Assembly (NCBI GenBank): GCA_964057225.1
Contig: OZ059894.1
Location: 23,064,001 to 23,128,000, forward strand
DNA: 64,000 nt
DNA from: Auanema rhodensis
Lineage: Eukaryota > Animalia > Nematoda
Direction: 5' to 3'
Shown piece after piece: positions 28,885 through 40,230 of the stretch. The position numbers and the translations under genes are program-made. The notes beneath the pieces are model-generated. The model worked only from the letters and a program-made list of their open reading frames with translations, had not been told where the DNA came from and ran no database searches. Numbering within the stretch: the stretch's first letter is position 1; every line of letters starts with the position of its first letter.

Positions 28885-30156
28885 ATGGAAACTCAACATA
28901 CACTAATGCATCATTTTTCAAACGATCATAACTAATTTGTGTATTAAGCGTTTCTCAATGTAGTAAAGTGCATTCGATGCGGATTTTTAAGCTGCGTCGA
29001 TCTGTGTGATCAGATTTGCGCTAGCTTAAAAATGCACCGAGATATCAACTGATATAAGTTCACACTTATATCCTAGATTTTCACCCTAAAGAATTAATTT
29101 TTTCGTTGCATAACATTGTCTATCGTCTTTGCCTTGAAAAATGGAATCTAAAAACATCTACTTTTTGCTAAATTCTTTTGAAATTTTTCGAAAAAATTTT
29201 TGTCAAAATGTTTTTGGAAGCAATATTGAGTGTACATGGAAACTCAACATACACTAATGCATCATTTTTCAAACGATCATAACTAATTTGTGTATTAAGC
29301 GTTTCTCAATGTAGTATAGTGCATTCGATGCGGATTTTTAAGCTGCGTCGATCTGTGTGATCAGATTTGCGCTAGCTTAAAAATGCACCGAGATATCAAC
29401 TGATATAAGTTCACACTTATATCCTAGATTTTCACCCTAAAGAATTAATTTTTTCGTTGCATAACATTGTCTATCGTCTTTGCCTTGAAAAATGGAATCT
29501 AAAAACATCTACTTTTTGCTAAATTCTTTTGAAATTTTTCGAAAAAATTTTTGTCAAAATGTTTTTGGAAGCAATATTGAGTGTACATGGAAACTCAACA
29601 TACACTAATGCATCATTTTTCAAACGATCATAACTAATTTGTGTATTAAGCGTTTCTCAATGTAGTAAAGTGCATTCGATGCGGATTTTTAAGCTGCGTC
29701 GATCTGTGTGATCAGATTTGCGCTAGCTTAAAAATGCACCGAGATATCAACTGATATAAGTTCACACTTATATCCTCGATTTTCACCCTAAAGAATTAAT
29801 TTTTTCGTTGAATAACATTGTCTATCGTCTTTGCCTTGAAAAATGGAATCTAAAAACATCTACTTTTTGCTAAATTCTTTTGAAATTTTTCGAAAAAATT
29901 TTTGTCAAAATGTTTTTGGAAGCAATATTGAGTGTACATGGAAACTCAACATACACTAATGCATCATTTTTCAAACGATCATAACTAATTTGTGTATTAA
30001 GCGTTTCTCAATGTAGTATAGTGCATTCGATGCGGATTTTTAAGCTGCGTCGATCTGTGTGATCAGATTTGCGCTAGCTTAAAAATGCACCGAGATATCA
30101 ACTGATATAAGTTCACACTTATATCCTCGATTTTCACCCTAAAGAATTAATTTTTT
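28885..30156 (-). repeat. Inverted SatA block, 1272 bp (about 3.6 monomers)
   Basis: Reverse complement of the SatA unit with 351-bp periodicity. The length equals 13+3x351+206, running from monomer position 339 to position 206. Confidence 0.97.
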
Positions 30157-31536
30157 ATTTAATTAGCATAAATTAAAGTTCACGTAAATTTCAAAGTCAT
30201 GGTTACCATGCACCAATATCAATAACAATTCGTTTTTAGACTAATATGGACATGGGGAATCTAATTTTGAAAACCGCATCTTTTTATCTTTCACGTAAAG
30301 CGAGTTACATACCAAGAGCACATCACGTGTACATTTAATTAGCATAAATTAAAGTTCACGTAAATTTCAAAGTCATGGTTCCCATGAACCAATAACAATA
30401 AAAATTTGTTTTTAGACTAATATGGACATGGGGAATCTAATTTTGAAAACCGCATCTTTTTATCTTTCACGTGAAGCGAGTTACATACCAAGTGCACATC
30501 ACGTGTACATTTAATTAGCATAAATTAAAGTTCACGTAAATTTCAAAGTCATGGTTACCATGCACCAATATCAATAAAAATTTGTTTTCAGACTAATATG
30601 GACATGGGGAATCTAATTTTGAAAACCGCATCTCTTTATCTTTCACGTGAAGCGAGTTACATACCAAGTGCACATCACGTGTACATTTAATTAGCATAAA
30701 TTAAAGTTCACGTAACTTCCAAAGACATGGTTACCATGCACCAATATCTATAAAAGTTTGTTTTTAGACTAATATGGACATGGGGAATCTAAATTTGAAA
30801 ACCGCATCTCTTTATCTTTCACGTGAAGCGAGTTACATACCAAGTGCACATCACGTGTACATTTAATTAGCATAAATTAAAGTTCACGTAAATTTCAAAG
30901 TCATGGTTACCATGCACCAATATCAATAAAAATTTGTTTTTAGACTGATATGGACATGAGGAATCTAATTTTGAAAACCGCATCTTTTTATTTTTCACGT
31001 GAAGCGAGTTACATACCAAGTGCACATCACGTGTACATTTAATTAGCATAAATTAAAGTTCACGTAAATTTCAAAGTCATGGTTACCATGCACCAATATC
31101 AATAAAAATTTGTTTTTAGACTAATATGGACATGGGGAATCTAATTTTGAAAACCGCATCTCTTTATCTTTCACGTGAAGCGAGTTACATACCAAGTGCA
31201 CATCACGTGTACATTTAATTAGCATAAATTAAAGTTCACGTAAATTTCAAAGTCATGGTTACCATGCACCAATATCAATAAAAATTCGTTTTTAGACTAA
31301 TATGGACATGGGGAATCTAATTTTGAAAACCGCATCTTTTTATCTTTCACGTGAAGCGAGTTACATACCAAGAGCACATCACGTGTACATTTAATTAGCA
31401 TAAATTAAAGTTCACGTAAATTTCAAAGTCATGGTTCCCATGAACCAATAACAATAAAAATTTGTTTTTAGACTAATATGGACATGGGGAATCTAATTTT
31501 GAAAACCGCATCTTTTTATCTTTCACGTGAAGCGAG
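30157..31536 (-). repeat. Inverted SatB block, 1380 bp (about 7.8 monomers)
   Basis: ATTTAATTAGCATAAATT recurs at 30157, 30333 ... 30861, 31037 (176-bp period) and is the reverse complement of the downstream array. It ends at ...GAAGCGAG (31536). Confidence 0.97.
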
Positions 31537-31537
31537 A

Positions 31538-31654
31538 AAATTTCAAAGTCATGGTTACCATGCACCAATATCAATAAAAATTCGTTTTTAGACTATTAGT
31601 CTAAAAACGAATTTTTATTGATATTGGTGCATGGTAACCATGACTTTGAAATTT
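31538..31654. repeat. Perfect palindrome with 58-bp arms and a 1-nt spacer at the SatB orientation switch
   Basis: 31538-31595 is the exact reverse complement of 31597-31654. The centre reads GACTA-T-TAGTC. Confidence 0.93.
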
Positions 31655-33429
31655 ACGTGAACTTTAATTTTTGCTAATTAAATGTACACGTGATGTGCAC
31701 TTGGTATGTAACTCGCTTCACGTAAAAGATAAAGAGATGCGGTTTTCAAAATTAGATTCCCCATGTCCATATTAGTCTAAAAACAAATTTTTATTGATAT
31801 TGGTGCATGGTAACCATGACTTTGAAATTTACGTGAACTTTAATTTATGCTAATTAAATGTACACGTGATGTGCACTTGGTATGTAACTCGCTTCACGTG
31901 AAAGATAAAGAGATGCGGTTTTCAAAATTAGATTCCCCATGTCCATATCAGTCTAAAAACAAATTTTTATTGATATTGGTGCATGGTAACCATGACTTTG
32001 AAATTTACGTGAACTTTAATTTATGCTAATTAAATGTACACGTGATGTGCACTTGGTATGTAACTCGCTTCACGTGAAAGATAAAGAGATGCGGTTTTCA
32101 AAATTAGATTCCCCATGTCCATATTAGTCTAAAAACAAATTTTTATTGATATTGGTGCATGGTAACCATGACTTTGAAATTTACGTGAACTTTAATTTAT
32201 GCTAATTAAATGTACACGTGATGTGCTCTTGGTATGTAACTCGCTTCACGTGAAAGATAAAGAGATGCGGTTTTCAAAATTAGATTCCCCATGTTCATAT
32301 TAGTCTAAAAACAAATTTTTATCGATATTGGTGCATGGTAACCATGACTTTGAAATTTACGTGAACTTTAATTTATGCTAATTAAATGTACACGTGATGT
32401 GCACTTGGTATGTAACTCGCTTCACGTGAAAGATAAAGAGATGCGGTTTTCAAAATTAGATTCCCCATGTGCATATTAGTCTAAAAACAAATTTTTATTG
32501 ATATTGGTGCATGGTAACCATGACTTTGAAATTTAAGTGAACTTTAATTTATGCTAATTAAATGTACACGTGATGTGCACTTGGTATGTAACTCGCTTCA
32601 CGTGAAAGATAAAGAGATGCGGTTTCCAAAATTAGATTCCCCATGTCCATATTAGTCTAAAAACAAATTTTTATTGATATTGGTTCATGGTAACCATGAC
32701 TTTGAAATTTACGTGAACTTTAATTTATGCTAATTAAATGTACACGTGATGTGCACTTGGTATGTAACTCGCTTCACGTGAAAGATAAAGAGATGCGGTT
32801 TTCAAAATTAGATTCCCCATGTGCATATTAGTCTAAAAACAAATTTTTATTGATATTGGTGCATGGTAACCATGACTTTGAAATTTACGTGAACTTTAAT
32901 TTATGCTAATTAAATGTACACGTGATGTGCACTTGGTATGTAACTCGCTTCACGTGAAAGATAAAGAGATGCGGTTTTCAAAATTAGATTCCCCATGTCC
33001 ATATTAGTCTAAAAACAAATTTGTATTGATATTGGTTCATAGTAACCATGACTTTGAAATTTACGTGAACTTTAATTTATGCTAATTAAATGTACACGTG
33101 ATGTGCACTTGGTATGTAACTCGCTTCACGTGAAAGATAAAGAGATGCGGTTTTCAAAATTAGATTCCCCATGTCCATATTAGTCTAAAAACAAATTTTT
33201 ATTGATATTGGTTCATGGTAACCATGACTTTGAAATTTACGTGAACTTTAATTTATGCTAATTAAATGTACACGTGATGTGCTCTTGGTATGTAACTCGC
33301 TTCACGTGAAAGATAAAGAGATGCGGTTTTCAAAATTAGATTCCCCATGTCCATATTAGTCTAAAAACAAATTTTTATTGATATTGGTGCATGGTAACCA
33401 TGACTTTGAAATTTACGTGAACTTTAATT

Positions 33430-34835
33430 TATGCTAATTAAATGTACACGTGATGTGCTCTTGGTATGTAACTCGCTTCACGTGAAAGATAAAGAGATGC
33501 GGTTTTCAAAATTAGATTCCCCATGTCCATATTAGTCTAAAAACAAATTTTTATTGATATTGGTGCATGGTAACCATGTCTTTGAAATTTACGTGAACTT
33601 TAATTTATGCTAATTAAATGTACACGTGATGTGCACTTGGTATGTAACTCGCTTCACGTGAAAGATAAAGAGATGCGGTTTTCAAAATTAGATTCCTCAT
33701 GTCCATATTAGTCTAAAAACAAATTTTTTTGATATTGGTGCATGGTAACCATGACTTTGAAATTTACGTGAACTTTAATTTATGCTAATTAAATGTACAC
33801 GTGATGTGCACTTGGTATGTACTTCGCTTCACGTGATAGATAAAGAGATGCGGTTTTCAAAATTAGATTCTCCATGTCCATATTAGTCTAAAAACAAATT
33901 TTTATTGATATTGGTGCATGGTAACCATGACTTTGAAATTTACGTGAACTTCAATTTATGCTAATTAAATGTACACGTGATGTGCACTTGGTATGTAACT
34001 CGCTTCACGTGAAAGATAAAGAGATGCGGTTTTCAAAATTAGATTCCCCATGTCCATATTAGTCTAAAAACAAATTTTTATTGATATTGGTGCATGGTAA
34101 CCATGACTTTGAAATTTACGTGAACTTTAATTTATGCTAATTAAATGTACACGTGATGTGCTCTTGGTATGTAACTCGCTTCACGTGAAAGATAAAGAGA
34201 TGCGGTTTTCAAAATTAGATTCCCCATGTCCATATTAGTCTAAAAACAAATTTTTATTGATATTGGTGCATGGTAACCATGTCTTTGAAATTTACGTGAA
34301 CTTTAATTTATGCTAATTAAATGTACACGTGATGTGCACTTGGTATGTAACTCGCTTCACGTGAAAGATAAAGAGATGCGGTTTTCAAAATTAGATTCCT
34401 CATGTCCATATTAGTCTAAAAACAAATTTTTTTGATATTGGTGCATGGTAACCATGACTTTGAAATTTACGTGAACTTTAATTTATGCTAATTAAATGTA
34501 CACGTGATGTGCACTTGGTATGTACTTCGCTTCACGTGATAGATAAAGAGATGCGGTTTTCAAAATTAGATTCTCCATGTCCATATTAGTCTAAAAACAA
34601 ATTTTTATTGATATTGGTGCATGGTAACCATGACTTTGAAATTTACGTGAACTTCAATTTATGCTAATTAAATGTACACGTGATGTGCACTTGGTATGTA
34701 ACTCGCTTCACGTGAAAGATAAAGAGATGCGGTTTTCAAAATTAGATTCCCCATGTCCATATTAGTCTAAAAACAAATTTTTATTGATATTGGTGCATGG
34801 TAACCATGACTTTGAAATTTACGTGAACTTTAATT
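33430..34835 (+). repeat. SatB 4-mer tandem duplication (703-bp period)
   Basis: GCTCTT, ATGTCT, TTCCTCAT, a 1-bp deletion (AAATTTTTTTGAT) and GTACTTCG/GTGATAGA/TTCTCC all recur 703 bp apart. Confidence 0.85.
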
Positions 34836-34869
34836 TATGCTAATTAAATGTACACGTGATGTGCACTTG

Positions 34870-37800
34870 GTATGTAACTTGCTTCACGTGAAAGATAAAG
34901 AGATGCGGTTTTCAAAATTAGATTCCCCATGTCCATATTAGTCTAAAAACAAATTTTTATTGATATTGGTGCATGGTAACCATGACTTTGAAATTTACGT
35001 GAACTTTAATTTATGCTAATTAAATGTACACGTGATGTGCACTTGGTATGTAACTCGCTACACGTGAAAGATAAAGAGATGCGGTTTTCAAAATTAGATT
35101 CCCCATGTCCATATTAGTCGAAAAACAAATTTTTATTGATATTGGTGCATGATAACCATGACTTTGAAATTTACGTGAACTTCAATTTATGCTAATTAAA
35201 TGTACACGTGATGTGCACTTGGTTTGTACTTCGCTTCACGTGATAGATAAAGAGATGCGGTTTTCAAAATTAGATTCTCCATGTCCATATTAGTCTAAAA
35301 ACAAATTTTTATTGATATTGGTGCATGGTAACCATGACTTTGAAATTTACGTGAACTTCAATTTATGCTAATTAAATGTACACGTGATGTGCACTTGGTA
35401 TGTAACTCGCTTCACGTGAAAGATAAAGAGATGCGGTTTTCAAAATTAGATTCCCCATGTCCATATTAGTCGAAAAACAAATTTTTATTGATATTGGTGC
35501 ATGATAACCATGACTTTGAAATTTACGTGAACTTCAATTTATGCTAATTAAATGTACACGTGATGTGCACTTGGTTTGTACTTCGCTTCACGTGATAGAT
35601 AAAGAGATGCGGTTTTCAAAATTAGATTCTCCATGTCCATATTAGTCTAAAAACAAATTTTTATTGATATTGGTGCATGGTAACCATGACTTTGAAATTT
35701 ACGTGAACTTCAATTTATGCTAATTAAATGTACACGTGATGTGCACTTGGTATGTAACTCGCTTCACGTGAAAGATAAAGAGATGCGGTTTTCAAAATTA
35801 GATTCTCCATGTCCATATTAGTCTAAAAACAAATTTTTATTGATATTGGTGCATGGTAACCATGACTTTGAAATTTACGTGAACTTTAATTTATGCTAAT
35901 TAAATGTACACGTGATGTGCACTTGGTATGTAACTCGCTACACGTGAAAGATAAAGAGATGCGGTTTTCAAAATTAGATTCCCCATGTCCATATTAGTCG
36001 AAAAACAAATTTTTATTGATATTGGTGCATGATAACCATGACTTTGAAATTTACGTGAACTTCAATTTATGCTAATTAAATGTACACGTGATGTGCACTT
36101 GGTTTGTACTTCGCTTCACGTGATAGATAAAGAGATGCGGTTTACAAAATTAGATTCTCCATGTCCATATTAGTCTAAAAACAAATTTTTATTGATATTG
36201 GTGCATGGTAACCATGACTTTGAAATTTACGTGAACTTCAATTTATGCTAATTAAATGTACACGTGATGTGCACTTGGTATGTAACTCGCTTCACGTGAA
36301 AGATAAAGAGATGCGGTTTTCAAAATTAGATTCCCCATGTCCATATTAGTCGAAAAATAAATTTTTATTGATATTGGTGCATGATAACCATGACTTTGAA
36401 ATTTACGTGAACTTCAATTTATGCTAATTAAATGTACACGTGATGTGCACTTGGTTTGTACTTCGCTTCACGTGATAGATAAAGAGATGCGGTTTTCAAA
36501 ATTAGATTCTCCATGTCCATATTAGTCTAAAAACAAATTTTTATTGATATTGGTGCATGGTAACCATGACTTTGAAATTTACGTGAACTTCAATTTATGC
36601 TAATTAAATGTACACGTGATGTGCACTTGGTATGTAACTCGCTTCACGTGAAAGATAAAGAGATGCGGTTTTCAAAATTAGATTCCCCATGTCCATATTA
36701 GTCTAAAAACAAATTTTTATTGATATTGGTGCATGGTAACCATGTCTTTGGAATTTACGTGAACTTTAATTTATGCTAATTAAATGTACACGTGATGTGC
36801 ACTTGGTATGTAACTCGCTTCACGTGAAAGATAAAGAGATGCGGTTTTCAAAATTAGATTCCCCATGTCCATATTAGTCTAAAAACAAATTTTTATTGAT
36901 ATTGGTGCATGGTAACCATGACTTTGAAATTTACGTGAACTTTAATTTATGCTAATTAAATGTACACGTGATGTGCACTTGGTATGTAACTCGCTTCACG
37001 TGAAAGATAAAGAGATGCGGTTTTCAAAATTAGATTCCCCATGTCCATATTAGTCTAAAAACAAATTTTTATTGATATTGGTGCATGGTAACCATGACTT
37101 TGAAATTTACGTGAACTTTAATTTATGCTAATTAAATGTACACGTGATGTGCTCTTGGTATGTAACTCGCTTCACGTGAAAGATAAAGAGATGCGGTTTT
37201 CAAAATTAGATTCCCCATGTCCATATTAGTCTAAAAACAAATTTTTATTGATATTGGTGCATGGTAACCATGTCTTTGAAATTTACGTGAACTTTAATTT
37301 ATGCTAATTAAATGTACACGTGATGTGCACTTGGTATGTACTTCGCTTCACGTGATAGATAAAGAGATGCGGTTTTCAAAATTAGATTCTCCATGTCCAT
37401 ATTAGTCTAAAAACAAATTTTTATTGATATTGGTGCATGGTAACCATGACTTTGAAATTTACGTGAACTTCAATTTATGCTAATTAAATGTACACGTGAT
37501 GTGCACTTGGTATGTAACTCGCTTCACGTGAAAGATAAAGAGATGCGGTTTTCAAAATTAGATTCCCCATGTCCATATTAGTCTAAAAACAAATTTTTAT
37601 TGATATTGGTGCATGGTAACCATGACTTTGAAATTTACGTGAACTTTAATTTATGCTAATTAAATGTACACGTGATGTGCTCTTGGTATGTAACTCGCTT
37701 CACGTGAAAGATAAAGAGATGCGGTTTTCAAAATTAGATTCCCCATGTCCATATTAGTCTAAAAACAAATTTTTATTGATATTGGTGCATGGTAACCATG

Positions 37801-40230
37801 ACTTTGAAATTTACGTGAACTTTAATTTATGCTAATTAAATGTACACGTGATGTGCTCTTGGTATGTAACTCGCTTCACGTGAAAGATAAAGAGATGCGG
37901 TTTTCAAAATTAGATTCCCCATGTCCATATTAGTCTAAAAACAAATTTTTATTGATATTGGTGCATGGTAACCATGTCTTTGAAATTTACGTGAACTTTA
38001 ATTTATGCTAATTAAATGTACACGTGATGTGCACTTGGTATGTAACTCGCTTCACGTGAAAGATAAAGAGATGCGGTTTTCAAAATTAGATTCCCCATGT
38101 CCATATTAGTCTAAAAACAAATTTTTATTGATATTGGTGCATGGTAACCATGACTTTGAAATTTACGTGAACTTTAATTTATGCTAATTAAATGTACACG
38201 TGATGTGCACTTGGTATGTAACTCGCTACACGTGAAAGATAAAGAGATGCGGTTTTCAAAATTAGATTCCCCATGTCCATATTAGTCGAAAAACAAATTT
38301 TTATTGATATTGGTGCATGATAACCATGACTTTGAAATTTACGTGAACTTCAATTTATGCTAATTAAATGTACACGTGATGTGCACTTGGTTTGTACTTC
38401 GCTTCACGTGATAGATAAAGAGATGCGGTTTTCAAAATTAGATTCTCCATGTCCATATTAGTCTAAAAACAAATTTTTATTGATATTGGTGCATGGTAAC
38501 CATGACTTTGAAATTTACGTGAACTTCAATTTATGCTAATTAAATGTACACGTGATGTGCACTTGGTATGTAACTCGCTTCACGTGAAAGATAAAGAGAT
38601 GCGGTTTTCAAAATTAGATTCCCCATGTCCATATTAGTCGAAAAACAAATTTTTATTGATATTGGTGCATGATAACCATGACTTTGAAATTTACGTGAAC
38701 TTCAATTTATGCTAATTAAATGTACACGTGATGTGCACTTGGTTTGTACTTCGCTTCACGTGATAGATAAAGAGATGCGGTTTTCAAAATTAGATTCTCC
38801 ATGTCCATATTAGTCTAAAAACAAATTTTTATTGATATTGGTGCATGGTAACCATGACTTTGAAATTTACGTGAACTTCAATTTATGCTAATTAAATGTA
38901 CACGTGATGTGCACTTGGTATGTAACTCGCTTCACGTGAAAGATAAAGAGATGCGGTTTTCAAAATTAGATTCTCCATGTCCATATTAGTCTAAAAACAA
39001 ATTTTTATTGATATTGGTGCATGGTAACCATGACTTTGAAATTTACGTGAACTTTAATTTATGCTAATTAAATGTACACGTGATGTGCACTTGGTATGTA
39101 ACTCGCTACACGTGAAAGATAAAGAGATGCGGTTTTCAAAATTAGATTCCCCATGTCCATATTAGTCGAAAAACAAATTTTTATTGATATTGGTGCATGA
39201 TAACCATGACTTTGAAATTTACGTGAACTTCAATTTATGCTAATTAAATGTACACGTGATGTGCACTTGGTTTGTACTTCGCTTCACGTGATAGATAAAG
39301 AGATGCGGTTTACAAAATTAGATTCTCCATGTCCATATTAGTCTAAAAACAAATTTTTATTGATATTGGTGCATGGTAACCATGACTTTGAAATTTACGT
39401 GAACTTCAATTTATGCTAATTAAATGTACACGTGATGTGCACTTGGTATGTAACTCGCTTCACGTGAAAGATAAAGAGATGCGGTTTTCAAAATTAGATT
39501 CCCCATGTCCATATTAGTCGAAAAATAAATTTTTATTGATATTGGTGCATGATAACCATGACTTTGAAATTTACGTGAACTTCAATTTATGCTAATTAAA
39601 TGTACACGTGATGTGCACTTGGTTTGTACTTCGCTTCACGTGATAGATAAAGAGATGCGGTTTTCAAAATTAGATTCTCCATGTCCATATTAGTCTAAAA
39701 ACAAATTTTTATTGATATTGGTGCATGGTAACCATGACTTTGAAATTTACGTGAACTTCAATTTATGCTAATTAAATGTACACGTGATGTGCACTTGGTA
39801 TGTAACTCGCTTCACGTGAAAGATAAAGAGATGCGGTTTTCAAAATTAGATTCCCCATGTCCATATTAGTCTAAAAACAAATTTTTATTGATATTGGTGC
39901 ATGGTAACCATGTCTTTGGAATTTACGTGAACTTTAATTTATGCTAATTAAATGTACACGTGATGTGCACTTGGTATGTAACTCGCTTCACGTGAAAGAT
40001 AAAGAGATGCGGTTTTCAAAATTAGATTCCCCATGTCCATATTAGTCTAAAAACAAATTTTTATTGATATTGGTGCATGGTAACCATGACTTTGAAATTT
40101 ACGTGAACTTTAATTTATGCTAATTAAATGTACACGTGATGTGCACTTGGTATGTAACTCGCTTCACGTGAAAGATAAAGAGATGCGGTTTTCAAAATTA
40201 GATTCCCCATGTCCATATTAGTCTAAAAAC
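34870..40230 (+). repeat. SatB sub-family block duplicated at a 3168-bp (18-monomer) offset, with nested 5-mer and 2-mer periodicity
   Basis: TCGCTACAC occurs at ~35055/35935 and ~38223/39103. GTTTACAAAA occurs at ~36140/39308 and CGAAAAATAA at ~36351/39519. GTCGAAAA occurs at 352-bp spacing within the 880-bp units. Confidence 0.85.

Noticed and set aside
30867-31049. 60-aa ORF on the - strand
   Set aside because: It is one SatB monomer in which a TAG>CAG change removes the usual stop at codon 35. All but two monomers keep a stop, and I recognise no protein motif.
28684-31536. Transposon insertion at the boundary
   Set aside because: Apart from five filler A bases at the joins, everything here is SatA or SatB. 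There is no target-site duplication, terminal repeat or coding remnant.
31847-32029. 60-aa ORF on the + strand
   Set aside because: Same explanation. It is useful only as a marker of a shared rare variant.
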